32,000 bases of DNA from Phycisphaera mikurensis NBRC 102666 (lineage in GTDB: Bacteria > Planctomycetota > Phycisphaerae > Phycisphaerales > Phycisphaeraceae), in contig NC_017080.1 in NCBI RefSeq assembly GCF_000284115.1, positions 3,600,001 to 3,632,000 on the forward strand, given 5' to 3'. Under the pieces are notes generated by a model that was not told where the DNA came from, made no database searches, and saw only the letters and a program-made list of their open reading frames with translations. The position numbers and the translations under genes are program-made. This document shows, in pieces, positions 1-10,803 of the stretch. Each line of letters opens with the position of its first letter. Within the stretch, counting starts at the first letter, position 1.

Positions 1-1253
<1,253 letters not shown>

Positions 1254-1311
1254 CCCGCAGCCCCGGGCGAGAGCGGGCGGAGAGCGGGCCGGCCTGCCGC
1301 TCGCTCCCGCC

Positions 1312-1920
1312 TCACCGCTTCCGCTGGAGCACCAGGTCCCCCGTGCTCCGGTAGGTCAGCAGCAGCGCCCCCGTCGCGGCGGCCGCTTCGAACACCGCTT
1401 CCACCACGGCCTCCTCTCCGGGCCACGGGTAGGCGTAGACGAGGGCGGCGTCCGAGGGATCCAGCCCCAACGCGTCGTGCCCGTCGGCCAGCCCGGTCGC
1501 CAGCGTCGCCAGATCGTCGGCGACGTCCGCGAGGCCGTCGTGCTCGGGCGGGATGAAGCTGCCGTGGGCGAAGGCGACGGCGAGGCCGTGCGACGCGGCG
1601 AGGTCCTCGGCCTCCTCCACGAGCGCGGCTTGGGCCTCGATCCCCGCGGAGTCGAAACCAAGCGTCGCCGCGAGGCATGCGGCGACGCCGACGCCCGAGC
1701 CCCACTCCAAGAAGTTCGAGCCCGGCGCGAGCCGGCCGCCGCGGACCGCGGCAAGCCCGGCGTGCACCCACGCGTAATCCGCGGGCACGAAGGAGCCCAA
1801 GCCTTCGGGATCACGCCGACGGAGGTCGTCGATGCGGGTGTCGGCATCCGCGAGCAGACGCTCCGTGGCGGGTGGGAGCGGTGCCGCGGCCGGAGTGAAA
1901 GGCACCTCGATCAGCGGCAT
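1312..1920 (-). CDS. SAM-dependent methyltransferase-like protein
   Basis: About 202 aa starting MPLIEVPFTPAAAP. Contains NFLEWGSGVGVAACLAA, a class I methyltransferase motif-I-like sequence. Convergent with clpB. Confidence 0.6.
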   Translation of the reverse strand: MPLIEVPFTPAAAPLPPATERLLADADTRIDDLRRRDPEGLGSFVPADYAWVHAGLAAVRGGRLAPGSNFLEWGSGVGVAACLAATLGFDSAGIEAQAALVEEAEDLAASHGLAVAFAHGSFIPPEHDGLADVADDLATLATGLADGHDALGLDPSDAALVYAYPWPGEEAVVEAVFEAAAATGALLLTYRSTGDLVLQRKR

Positions 1921-1955
1921 CGGCGGACGCTCCGGATCCGCCCCGGGGGCGGGGT

Positions 1956-3005
1956 TCAGCGGCTGAGCCGGACGATCGTGCCCGTGGCGGGCAGGTCGCC
2001 GCCACCGACGACCTCGGCGTAGGACATCTTCTCGGCGACCCGGACGATCCTGATCTCGCCGAGCTCGGCACCCTCGGTCGTGCCCAGGATCTCGCCGGTG
2101 CCCGGATCGGTGATCTCCACGCCGGGCTCGACCAGCGCGTACGTGCCGCCGGCCTTGAGGTTGTGGTCCGAGCCGCGGTTGATGACGACCTGCCCGTTGA
2201 TCTCGCTGACGACCAGGCCGGTGTTGGGCAGCTCCTCCATCTGCAGCGCGATGAAGCGGGCGGCCTGGTTGAGTGCGTCCTGCACGGCTTCGCTCATCGG
2301 CGTCTTCGCAAAGCTGCCCATGTTCGTGTTGACGCCGAAGCGGTTCATGCCCACCCGCAGCTTGCTGCTGCCGGCTTTGCCGGTGATCGATTCCTTCGCC
2401 ACGATGGCGCCGCTGGTCGTGTCGACGAGCTTCACGATCAGATTGATCTGCGCGTTGCTCTGCCCGCCGCCCACGCGGAAGCCGCGGAAGCCGATGCCGC
2501 CGTCCTGGCCGCTCTGGTTGCCCTCCACGCCGGTGACCTCGCCGGTGGCGAGGTAGCGGGCCGGCCGCAGCTTGCCGGTCTGCGCCACCTCGGTGGCGGC
2601 GGCCGTGCGGCCGCTGTCCGCGAGGTCCTGCTCGAGCACGACGTCGGCGAGGTTCTCCCGCTCGACCAGGACGAAGCGCCCGGTGTCGAAGAGCGCGCTC
2701 TCGAACATCAGCGGGAAGTTGCGGTCCATGCTGTAGGTGCGCCAGCCCGCCCAGTTGGAGCGGTTGTCGAAGTCCACCACGCCGATCGCGTGCTTGACCC
2801 CGGCGTAGGGCGGGAGCGCGTCCCCGTCCTCGGCGAGCTGCTCGGCATCGGGCTTGTCGTCCACCCGCGTGCCCTCGGATTCGAAGGGGTTGTACGCCGC
2901 GACGCTTTCGCAGCCCGGGGCGGCGGCGAGGCCGAGCAGGCACAGGAAGGCCAGGCCCGGGGCGAGGCGGGAAGGCGAAGGGACACGCGGGTGCGAGAGA
3001 GGCAT
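1956..3005 (-). CDS. CsgG/curli-production-like putative lipoprotein
   Basis: N-terminal hydrophobic segment ending LLGLAAAPGC (lipobox-like). Followed by IGVVDFDNRSNW...FESALFDTGRFVLVERENLADVVLEQDL, a CsgG-like domain. Repeated LVEPG/AELGEIRIVRV C-terminal region. Confidence 0.7.
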   Translation of the reverse strand: MPLSHPRVPSPSRLAPGLAFLCLLGLAAAPGCESVAAYNPFESEGTRVDDKPDAEQLAEDGDALPPYAGVKHAIGVVDFDNRSNWAGWRTYSMDRNFPLMFESALFDTGRFVLVERENLADVVLEQDLADSGRTAAATEVAQTGKLRPARYLATGEVTGVEGNQSGQDGGIGFRGFRVGGGQSNAQINLIVKLVDTTSGAIVAKESITGKAGSSKLRVGMNRFGVNTNMGSFAKTPMSEAVQDALNQAARFIALQMEELPNTGLVVSEINGQVVINRGSDHNLKAGGTYALVEPGVEITDPGTGEILGTTEGAELGEIRIVRVAEKMSYAEVVGGGDLPATGTIVRLSR

Positions 3006-3165
3006 CGTCGACTCCAGAGGGAAGATTCCGGTGCGGCGGAGCCCCCCGATGGCGGCCCCAGCACCCGTTGTAACACGGCTCCGCCGCGGGAGCGGCGCGC
3101 AGCGGAAGGCTCCGGACCAACGGCCGGAGCGATGAAGCGGATCCGTTTCGCCGCCGCCGCGTCGA

Positions 3166-4659
3166 TCAGCCCAGCAGCGACAGGGCCGACTGCGGGGCCG
3201 AGTTGGCCAGCGAAAGGATGCTGGTGGCCGACTGCTGGAGGACCTGAGCCCGGGTGAGGGCGCTGGTCTCCTCGGCGAAGTCGGTGTCGCGGATGGAGCT
3301 CTCGGCGGCGCTGGTGTTCTCGAAGGCGACGCCGAGGCTGCGGATGCTCGCGCCCACGGTGTTCTTCTGGAACGCCCCGAGGCGGCCGCGGAGGCCGGCG
3401 ACCTGCTGGATCGCGTCGTTGACGATCTTCTGACCGCGGGTGAGGTCGCCGTCGACAACGTTGGACTCCGCCCCCGAGGCCAGCTCGTTCAAGAAGCCGT
3501 TGGCGATCGAACCGAGGTTGCGGGCGGCAACGTTGTCGATGCCGATGGACACCTGGTTGCCGATGTTGACGTTCGGGCCGAGGTTGAAGTTCGCCCCGCC
3601 GCCGTCGATGACCGCGGCCGTGTAGGAGGGGCCGGCGGTGTTGCCGTCCTCCTTGAGCTCGAGGGTGACGTCGAGGAAGTCGGAGCTGACCCGGGCGGTG
3701 AGCCCCTTGGTGGTGCTCCGCACGCCGTTGATGACGGCCTCGATGTCGACGCCCTCGTCGCGGAGGGGGCTGGTGACGTCCGCGAGGGCGGTGGTGCCCG
3801 GGTCGGTGCCCTGCACGACGGCCCCGGAGAGGCGGGCGACGTTGCCGGTGAGACCGGCGGACTCCACCACGTCGATAGAGACGAACTCGTCGGTGCCGTA
3901 GCCCTCCGAGATGAACTGAAGCGCGGTGCCCGACGCCGAGGCGACGACGCCGGTGACGTCCGAGAAGGTGTTCACCGCGGCGCTGATGTCCGCCACGCTC
4001 GCCCCGCTGGCGAAGGTGAACTGGCGGGAGCCGGCGGTGCCGGTGATGTCCACGGTGAACAGGTTGCCGTTGGTGCCGGTGACCTCCGTGCCGCCAAAGG
4101 AGAGAACGACCCCGCCCTTCTGCGCCTCGCCGGTGATCAGCACCTCGACGTTGCGGCTCTCGCCGAAGGGGATCTTCGCGGCGTCGACCTTGAGGTCGGC
4201 CACGTTGGCGTCGACGCCGGAGGTCTGGAAGTCGTAGTTCCCGTTGAGCAGCTTGGTGCCCTGGAAGCTGGTCGTGCCGGCGATGCGGTCGATCGTCTGG
4301 ATGATCGAGTCGATCTCCAGCTGATTGGCCTGCTTCTCCGCGTCGGAGATGCCGGCCTCGTTGGCGGAGGAGCCGATCAGGCCCTGGACCTCGAGCAGGA
4401 GGGCGTTGACTTCCTGGAGGCCGCCCTCGGCGATGTTCACGACCTGCTCCGCCCGCTCGGCGTTGTCGATGGCGGCGGTGATGGCTGCCTTCTCGCTGCG
4501 GAGGTTCTCGCTGGCGATCAGCCCCGAGGGATCGTCCGCGCCGCGGTTGATGCGGTAGCCGGTGGAGAGCCGCTCGAGCGACTGGTTGAGGTTGCGGGTG
4601 TTCTGGTTCAGCACGCGCTGGGCGAGCAGCGAGGGCACGTTGGTCTGGATCCGGCTCAT
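3166..4659 (-). CDS. fliC: Flagellin
   Basis: Canonical flagellin N-terminus (SRIQTNVPSLLAQRVLNQNTRNLNQSLERLSTGYRINRGADDPSGLIASENLRSE) and C-terminus (RGRLGAFQKNTVGASIRSLGVAFENTSAAESSIRDTDFAEETSALTRAQVLQQSATSILSLANSAPQSALSLL). Confidence 0.95.
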   Translation of the reverse strand: MSRIQTNVPSLLAQRVLNQNTRNLNQSLERLSTGYRINRGADDPSGLIASENLRSEKAAITAAIDNAERAEQVVNIAEGGLQEVNALLLEVQGLIGSSANEAGISDAEKQANQLEIDSIIQTIDRIAGTTSFQGTKLLNGNYDFQTSGVDANVADLKVDAAKIPFGESRNVEVLITGEAQKGGVVLSFGGTEVTGTNGNLFTVDITGTAGSRQFTFASGASVADISAAVNTFSDVTGVVASASGTALQFISEGYGTDEFVSIDVVESAGLTGNVARLSGAVVQGTDPGTTALADVTSPLRDEGVDIEAVINGVRSTTKGLTARVSSDFLDVTLELKEDGNTAGPSYTAAVIDGGGANFNLGPNVNIGNQVSIGIDNVAARNLGSIANGFLNELASGAESNVVDGDLTRGQKIVNDAIQQVAGLRGRLGAFQKNTVGASIRSLGVAFENTSAAESSIRDTDFAEETSALTRAQVLQQSATSILSLANSAPQSALSLLG

Positions 4660-4707
4660 GCGAGGGCTCCTTGCGGGGGTGATGCGGCCCCTGGGCTGGG
4701 GGGCGGG

Positions 4708-7700
4708 GTGGCTTCCTGCCAAAAGAGTGAGCGGGTCTGTCAACCGAGCCGCGTGGGTGCCGTTTCTTCGGGTCGTGCGGCCGGTGGGGGTTACGCCGAT
4801 GCGGGAGGCCCCTTATCGGCCCCTGCTCCGGAGGCGGCGGGCCGGCCGCCGGAGCGGCCTCTAGCGTCGGCCATCGAGAGCTTCCCGCCCGCTGCGCCCG
4901 CCTTGCTTGCCCCCTTCCGCAGCCATGCCGCCCCACGCGCAGCCGTGCGGGCGTTTGCGGAGGCGGATCCGGCCGCCGTGGCCGTCGCCGGCCCCACCGG
5001 CGTGACCACGACGCTGCTCGCCGCGGCCGCCGCGCTCGCTCACCCCGGGCCGGTGCTGCTCGTGACGGCTTTCGAGGACCAGGCTCAAGCGGCCACGGCC
5101 GACCTCCTGAACCTCGCCCGCGGGAGCGACGAGTCTGGAATCGGCGGCGCGGGCGACACGCACCTGGTGGTGGCTCCCTTCGACGCGTTGGGCCCACGCG
5201 ACCTGCTGGGCGCCCGGGCCGAGGGCCCGCTGGTTCGGCGGGTGGTGCTCGCCGCGACGCTGGACCACGGGGCCACCGGTCGGCAGGACGCGGAGGGCCT
5301 CGCCGCGAACGCGGGCCGCTGGGTGATCGTCGCCTCCGTCGCCGCGCTGCTGCAGGCGGTGCCGACCGAGGCGGTGGTCGCCGGCGCCGTGCGGCGGATC
5401 CACCCGGGGGATGCCGTGGACCTCCCCGCGCTCGTCGGCCTCTTGGAGGCCACCGGGCACCGGGCCGCGAGAGCCGAAGCGGTCGCCGCCGGGACCTTCC
5501 ACGCCGGGGGGTCCACCCTCCGCTTCCGCCCGCTGGGTGCGATCGCCACCGACGACGCCGGCCGCGCCTCCACCGCGGCGCGGGCGGCGGTCGTGGTCGG
5601 CTTCGAGGAGAACCGCATCGCGTCCATCCGCTTCGCCGACCCGCCGACGGAGGCCTGGAACCGCCCGCTGGCCGCGATCACGCTCGCGACACCGGATGCG
5701 AAGCGCGTGCTGCAGCGGGCATCGACCCGCTGCCTGCTCGACCTGCTGCCGGCCCGCACCGGCGTCGTGCTCGACGACGCCGAGGCGATCGCGCTCGAGG
5801 CCGCCCGGCTGGGCCGCCGCGCCGCGGGCGGCGGTGGCGACCTCACGCCCGCCGAGCTGGACGAGCGGCTCGCCGCCCGCCCGGTCGTCCGGGTCGACCT
5901 GCAGCCCGCGGCGGAGGCCGCCCTCCGCCTCGACGCCGGGCGCCCAAGCCCCTTCCCGCTCCACGCCGACGCGGCGGGCCGGGAGCTCGCGGCGAGGAGC
6001 CGAGACCGCCGCGTGCTCGTCGTGAGCGACCGGCCCGACGACCCGCGGCTGGCCGATCGGCTCTCCGAAGCCCCCGAAGCCCGCTTGATGCGGGGGCTTC
6101 TCTCCGAAGGGTTCCGGCTGCGGGGCGAGGACGGCTTCGAGGCGGTGCCCGGCCACGAGCTGCTCGGCGTGCCCGCACCGCCCGGAGCCGCGGTCGAGGA
6201 CCCCGCCGCCGACGGCGCGCCCGACTCCGGCACCCTCGGCTCCGTCCTCGTCTCGCTGGAACCCGGCGACCCGCTCGTCCACGCCGAGCACGGCGTCGCC
6301 CTGTACGAGGGGATGGAGCCGATCGAGATCGGCATCGGCAGCCGCCGGACGACCATCGACCACCTGACGCTCGCCTTCGCCGAGCCCGACACGCTCCGCG
6401 TGCCCGCCGACCAGGCCGCCCGGGTCTTCCCCTTCCACGCCGCCGACGACGCCCCCACGCCCGACCCGCTCAACAGCCGGGCCTGGGCGAAGAAGCTTTC
6501 TGCCGCCGAAGCCGCCGCCAGCGCCTTCGTGCGGGCGCAGCGCCGGGCCGCCGCCGAGGCCGCCGACCGGCCCGGCCGCGCCCACCCGCCCGAGCCCGAC
6601 CGGCTCCGCGCCTTCGAGGCCGACTTCCCCTTCGAGCCCACGCCCGACCAGGCCGAGGCGTTCGCCGCCGTCGCCGCGGACCTCGAAGCCGAGATCCCGA
6701 TGGACCGGCTGGTCTGCGGCGACGTCGGCTTCGGCAAGACCGAGGTGGCCGCCCGGGCGATCTTCCGCGTCGTCCGCCCGCGGCGGCGGGGCGGCCGCCG
6801 TGGGCACCAGGCCGTCCTGCTCGCGCCGACCACCGTGCTCGCCGAGCAGCACGGCCGGAGCCTCGCCGAACGCCTCGGCCCGCACGGCGTGTCGGTCGGC
6901 GTGCTCTCGCGGCTGCGTCCGGCGGACGAGCAGAAGCAGCTGAAAGCCGGCCTCGCCGGCGGCACGCTCGACCTGCTCATCGGCACGACGGCGCTGCTCG
7001 GCGAGGGGATCGAGCCCGACGACCTCGGCCTCGTGGTCATCGACGAGGAGCACCGCTTCGGCAGCGGCGACAAGGAGGCCCTGCGGCGGCTGCGGGACGG
7101 CGTGGACACGCTCGCCCTCACCGCCACGCCGATCCCGCGCACGCTGCACACCGCGCTCGCCGGGCTCCGCGCTGTCTCCACGCTGCGGACGCCGCCGGCA
7201 GGACGCAGAGCCGTCGTCACCGAGGTGCTGCCCGCCGAGGACGGCCGCCCGCGCGTCCGCACCGCCCTCTCGCGCGAGCTTGCCCGCGGCGGGCAGGCCT
7301 TCGTCGTCCACAACCGCGTGGAGGGCCTCGCCGAGGCGGCCGAGGAGGTGCGGGACCTGCTCGGCGGCGTGACCCGCCCCGACAGGAGCACCCCCGTCGT
7401 CGCCTCCGCCCACGGCCAGCTCCGCGAGGAAGAGCTCGAGGACGCGTTGCTCGCTTTCACCGCCGGCGACACCGACGTGCTCGTCTGCACGACGATCGTC
7501 GAGAACGGCCTCGACGTCGCCCGCGCCGGCACCATCGTCGTCGAGGGCGCCGACCGCTTCGGCCTCGCCTCGCTGCACCAGCTGCGCGGCCGGGTCGGTC
7601 GCTCGGGCCGGCGGGGTTTCTGCCTGCTGGAGGTCCCGAAGAACGCCCGGCTGAGCGAGGGGGCGCAGAAGCGTCTGGCCGCGATGGAAGACGCGGACGG

Positions 7701-8334
7701 CCTCGGCGCCGGCTTCGCCATCGCGGAGGCCGACCTGGCCCTCCGCGGCGCCGGAGACCTGCTCGGGGACGAGCAGTCCGGGCACGTCGCCGCCGTCGGC
7801 CACGCCCTCTACAGCCGACTCCTCCAGCGGGCCGCTCGCGAGCAGGCCGGCGACCTCCGCCCCGCCCCGGAGCGCACCGGCCACGCGCTGCCCAACACCG
7901 GCAACCTGCCCGCGGCCTGGATCCCGCCCTCGCTGCCCCGGCTCAACGCCTACCGCTGGCTCACCCACGTGGACGACGAGGACCAGCTCGGCGTCGCGGT
8001 CGCGCACCTCACCCGCACCTGGGGCGAACCGCCGGAGCAAGCGAGGCGTTTCGTCGCCGGGGTGCGGCTGCGCCTGGCCATGGCCGACGCCGGCGTGCTG
8101 CACGCGGCCAAGAGCAAGAAGGGCATCACCCTCACGCTCGCCCTCCCGCCGGCCCGGGACGAGCACGAGGCTCACCGCGGCTCGGCCGTCGAGCAGCTCA
8201 ACGCGAACCTGGACAAGCCCCGCTTCCGCGCCGGCGTCGGGGCGGACGAGCTGCTCTACACCCCGCCGCCGGAGGTGGAGGACGCGGGGCTGGTGGAGCA
8301 CCTCACCGGGGTGCTCGCGGGCGGTGCTTCGTAG
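4708..8334 (+). CDS. mfd: Transcription-repair coupling factor Mfd (start codon uncertain, real start probably downstream of 4708)
   Basis: RNAP-interaction-like segment ([17 protein letters not shown]), RecG-like helicase motifs ([72 protein letters not shown]) and a C-terminal TRCF region. Confidence 0.93.
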   Translation: MASCQKSERVCQPSRVGAVSSGRAAGGGYADAGGPLSAPAPEAAGRPPERPLASAIESFPPAAPALLAPFRSHAAPRAAVRAFAEADPAAVAVAGPTGVTTTLLAAAAALAHPGPVLLVTAFEDQAQAATADLLNLARGSDESGIGGAGDTHLVVAPFDALGPRDLLGARAEGPLVRRVVLAATLDHGATGRQDAEGLAANAGRWVIVASVAALLQAVPTEAVVAGAVRRIHPGDAVDLPALVGLLEATGHRAARAEAVAAGTFHAGGSTLRFRPLGAIATDDAGRASTAARAAVVVGFEENRIASIRFADPPTEAWNRPLAAITLATPDAKRVLQRASTRCLLDLLPARTGVVLDDAEAIALEAARLGRRAAGGGGDLTPAELDERLAARPVVRVDLQPAAEAALRLDAGRPSPFPLHADAAGRELAARSRDRRVLVVSDRPDDPRLADRLSEAPEARLMRGLLSEGFRLRGEDGFEAVPGHELLGVPAPPGAAVEDPAADGAPDSGTLGSVLVSLEPGDPLVHAEHGVALYEGMEPIEIGIGSRRTTIDHLTLAFAEPDTLRVPADQAARVFPFHAADDAPTPDPLNSRAWAKKLSAAEAAASAFVRAQRRAAAEAADRPGRAHPPEPDRLRAFEADFPFEPTPDQAEAFAAVAADLEAEIPMDRLVCGDVGFGKTEVAARAIFRVVRPRRRGGRRGHQAVLLAPTTVLAEQHGRSLAERLGPHGVSVGVLSRLRPADEQKQLKAGLAGGTLDLLIGTTALLGEGIEPDDLGLVVIDEEHRFGSGDKEALRRLRDGVDTLALTATPIPRTLHTALAGLRAVSTLRTPPAGRRAVVTEVLPAEDGRPRVRTALSRELARGGQAFVVHNRVEGLAEAAEEVRDLLGGVTRPDRSTPVVASAHGQLREEELEDALLAFTAGDTDVLVCTTIVENGLDVARAGTIVVEGADRFGLASLHQLRGRVGRSGRRGFCLLEVPKNARLSEGAQKRLAAMEDADGLGAGFAIAEADLALRGAGDLLGDEQSGHVAAVGHALYSRLLQRAAREQAGDLRPAPERTGHALPNTGNLPAAWIPPSLPRLNAYRWLTHVDDEDQLGVAVAHLTRTWGEPPEQARRFVAGVRLRLAMADAGVLHAAKSKKGITLTLALPPARDEHEAHRGSAVEQLNANLDKPRFRAGVGADELLYTPPPEVEDAGLVEHLTGVLAGGAS

Positions 8335-8503
8335 GTCGAGGCGACCCCCTCGGCGTGCCGCCGCAGGCGGCTGTGCGACGCGCCGCTGTCGTGTGCGCAT
8401 CGGGCGACCTCCACGCCGGATCCGCGGCGCGGAGCCGCGTCGGGGCGGTGGCCCCGGCCGACGGTCCTTGACGAGCCTCGGAGCATGCTGTGATCTCTAC
8501 GCG

Positions 8504-9949
8504 ATGACCGCCACCGCGCTGCTCACCGACCTCTATCAGCTCGGCATGGCGCAGGGATACTGGAAGCTCGGCCGCGCCGACCAGCCGGCGGTCTTCCACC
8601 TCTTCTTCCGCGAGGCACCGTTCGGCGGAGGCTTCGCGATCGCGGCGGGCCTCGGGCCGGTGCTCGATCTGCTCCGCGGCTTCGCGTTCACCGCGGACGA
8701 CACCGACCACCTCGCCCGCATCCCCGGCGGCGACGGGCGGCCGCTCTTCGAGGCCGCGTTCCTGGCCTACCTCCGCGACCTCCGGCTGACGATCGACCTC
8801 GACGCCCTGCCGGAGGGCACCGCGTGCTTCGCCCACGCCCCGCTGCTGCGGGTCCGAGGGCCGCTGCTCCAGTGCCAGCTGCTCGAGACGGCGCTGCTGA
8901 ACGCGTTGAACTTCCAGACGCTGGTCGCCACCAAGGCGGCCCGGGTGAGAGACGCGGCCGGTGGAGACACCGTGCTGGAGTTCGGCCTCCGCCGGGCGCA
9001 GGGCACCGACGGCGCGCTGGCCGCGAGCCGGGCGGCGTACCTCGGCGGCGTCGACGCGACCAGCAACGTGGCGGCGGGCAAGGCGTACGGCATCCCGGTG
9101 AAGGGCACGCAGGCCCACAGCTGGGTGATGAGCTTCGAAACCGAGCGCGAAGCTTTCGCGGCCTGGGCCGACACCGCACCCAACAACGGCGTCTTCCTCG
9201 TCGACACCTACGACAGCCTCGCCGGCGTCGACCACGCGATCGAGGCCGGGCGGAGGCTGCGGGGAAAGGGGCACCGCCTCGGCGGCGTCCGGCTCGACTC
9301 GGGAGACCTCGCCTGGCTCAGCCGCGAGGCCCGCAGAAGGCTCGACGCCGCCGGCTTCCCCGAGGCGCAGGTCGTCGCGAGCAACGACCTCGACGAGCAC
9401 GTCATCCGCGACCTGAGGAGCCAGGGCGCCGCCATCGACGTCTGGGGCGTCGGCACACAGCTCGTCACCGCCCACGACCAGCCGGCCCTCGGCGGCGTCT
9501 ACAAGCTCGCCGCCATCCGCGACGCGGGAAGCGGCTGCTGGATCCCGAAGGTCAAGCTCAGCGAGACCACCGCCAAGACGAGCCTGCCGGGGATCCTGCA
9601 GGTCCGCCGCTACGACACCGCCGCGGGTGGTCGCGCCGCCGCCGACCAGCTCTGGAGCGAGCTCGACGGCGAGCCGAGGACGCGCGAGCTGATCGACCCG
9701 ACCGACCCGATCCGCCGACGCACGATCGCCGCGGACCGCGGCTGGAAAGACCTCCTGGAGCCCGCGGTCCGCGGCGGCGTGGTCGTCTTCCCGGACGAGC
9801 CGCTGGCCGCCGCCCGCGACCGGGCGCGGGCCGAGCGGTCCAGGCTGGACCCGACGGTGCGCCGGCTCGTGAAGCCGCACCGCTACCCGGTCGGCGTCAC
9901 GCCCGAGGTTCTCGCGCTGCGCCAACGCCTGATCGAGGCGGCCCGCTGA
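8504..9949 (+). CDS. pncB: Nicotinate phosphoribosyltransferase
   Basis: 482 codons starting [20 protein letters not shown]. Contains [61 protein letters not shown] and [17 protein letters not shown], which are NAPRTase family motifs. Confidence 0.93.
   Translation: MTATALLTDLYQLGMAQGYWKLGRADQPAVFHLFFREAPFGGGFAIAAGLGPVLDLLRGFAFTADDTDHLARIPGGDGRPLFEAAFLAYLRDLRLTIDLDALPEGTACFAHAPLLRVRGPLLQCQLLETALLNALNFQTLVATKAARVRDAAGGDTVLEFGLRRAQGTDGALAASRAAYLGGVDATSNVAAGKAYGIPVKGTQAHSWVMSFETEREAFAAWADTAPNNGVFLVDTYDSLAGVDHAIEAGRRLRGKGHRLGGVRLDSGDLAWLSREARRRLDAAGFPEAQVVASNDLDEHVIRDLRSQGAAIDVWGVGTQLVTAHDQPALGGVYKLAAIRDAGSGCWIPKVKLSETTAKTSLPGILQVRRYDTAAGGRAAADQLWSELDGEPRTRELIDPTDPIRRRTIAADRGWKDLLEPAVRGGVVVFPDEPLAAARDRARAERSRLDPTVRRLVKPHRYPVGVTPEVLALRQRLIEAAR
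9729..9774. repeat. 46-bp dispersed palindromic motif CCGCGGACC-N28-GGTCCGCGG
   Basis: Cores 9729-9737 and 9766-9774; arms extend to 15 bp (CGCCGCGGACCGCGG / CCGCGGTCCGCGGCG). Inside pncB. Confidence 0.75.
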
Positions 9950-10308
9950 TGCCCCACGCCTCCGCGTTCGCACGCCCCGCGCTGGCCGTGGACGTCGTCG
10001 TCTTCGCCTCCGGGGCGAGCCGCGACGGGACGGACCTGCGGGAGATGCGGATCGAGCGCGACACCGAGCCCTCCGCCGGGCGCTGGGCCCTGCCCGGCGG
10101 CTTCGTCCACGTCGACGAGACGATCGAGGAGGCGGCGCGGCGGGAGCCGGACGAGCGGGACTTCCGCAAGAAGATCCTGGGCATGGGGATTCTCGCGGGA
10201 ACCGGAGCCATCGAGAAAGACGTGAAGCTCCGAGCGGCGGAGCCGTACCGCTTCGATGCGGAGGCGTGCAGGCGGCTTTCGCGAGGTGGCTTCCACTTCG
10301 AATCGTGA
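9949..10308 (+). pseudogene. Internally deleted NUDIX-domain / winged-helix (NrtR-like) protein
   Basis: N-terminus LAVDVVVF...RWALPGGFVHVDETIEEAARRE (first part of a NUDIX fold and box) is joined directly to PDERDFRKKILGMGILAGTGAIE...AEPYRFDAEACRRLSRGGFHFE, which resembles the C-terminal wHTH tail of NrtR-like proteins. The rest of the NUDIX domain is absent. ATG overlaps the pncB stop. Confidence 0.6.
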
Positions 10309-10385
10309 GGCGTGCGGGGCAGCGCTCCGCTTGACCACAGAGGGAGACCGAGGCACAGAGGCACAGAGAGAGGCACGGAGAACCA

Positions 10386-10759
10386 TGGGAGCTTCGCTCC
10401 TGATCGACATCCAGAATGACTTCCTCCCCGGCGGGAGCCTGGCGGTTCCTGATGGTGACGCGGTGATCCCGGTGGCGAACCGGCTGATGCCGGCGTACCG
10501 GCTCGTCGTCGCGACGGAGGACTGGCACCCGGCGGGGCACGGGAGCTTCGCGAGAAGCCACGCCGGGAAGAGGCCGGGCGAGGTGATCGAGCCGACCGGG
10601 CAGGACCAGGTGCTCTGGCCGGACCCTTGCGTGCAGGGCACGCCGGGGGCGGAGCTTCACGACGACCTCGATCGCGGCGGCGTCGACGAGGGCGACGGGT
10701 GTGACGATCTGCTGAACGGACCGGGTGCCACGCCCCTCGGGGGGTGGCGTTCTCGATGA
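10386..10759 (+). pseudogene. pncA: Truncated nicotinamidase (PncA-like), N-terminal half only
   Basis: MGASLLIDIQNDFLPGGSLAVPDGDAVIPVANRL...VVATEDWHPAGHGSFA...VLWPDPCVQGTPGAELHDDLD matches the isochorismatase-fold N-terminal half. Similarity then stops and the catalytic-cysteine half is missing. Confidence 0.75.
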
Positions 10760-10788
10760 CCCGCCACCCCGCAAGCGGCGTGGCACCC
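10723..10788. repeat. Nested/tandem inverted repeat upstream of the ADP-ribosylglycohydrolase gene
   Basis: Outer arms GGGTGCCACGCC (10723-10734) / GGCGTGGCACCC (10777-10788). Inner arms GGGGTGGCG (10741-10749) / CGCCACCCC (10762-10770). Alternative fold as two hairpins at 10727-10748 and 10763-10784. Confidence 0.75.
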
Positions 10789-10803
10789 CGAGAGAAGCCA
10801 ACC

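Noticed and set aside
4660-4740. Sigma-54 or sigma-28 promoter for flagellin
   Set aside because: Only a partial TTGGCAGGAAG half-match was seen, without a proper second element, so it was not reported as a feature.
4861-8400. 1179-aa ORF antisense to mfd, and similar long shadow ORFs (8303-10819 -, 11848-13803 +, 12047-13444 -, 14095-16443 +, 16563-18296 +, 18194-20314 -)
   Set aside because: Very high GC suppresses stop codons in alternate frames. The products are compositionally biased (R/G/A/P-rich), show no recognisable domains and lie opposite clearly homologous genes.
8382-8427. Additional copy of the 46-nt palindrome (GATCCGCGG at 8419-8427)
   Set aside because: No left core at the required 37-nt offset. 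A single CCGCGG-rich core is expected at this GC. The unpaired GGTCCGCGG at 18963 was rejected for the same reason.
10744-10803. Longer N-terminus for the ADP-ribosylglycohydrolase (MAFSMTRHPASGVAPREKPT...)
   Set aside because: The extension is encoded by the hairpin element; family similarity begins after the ATG at 10804.
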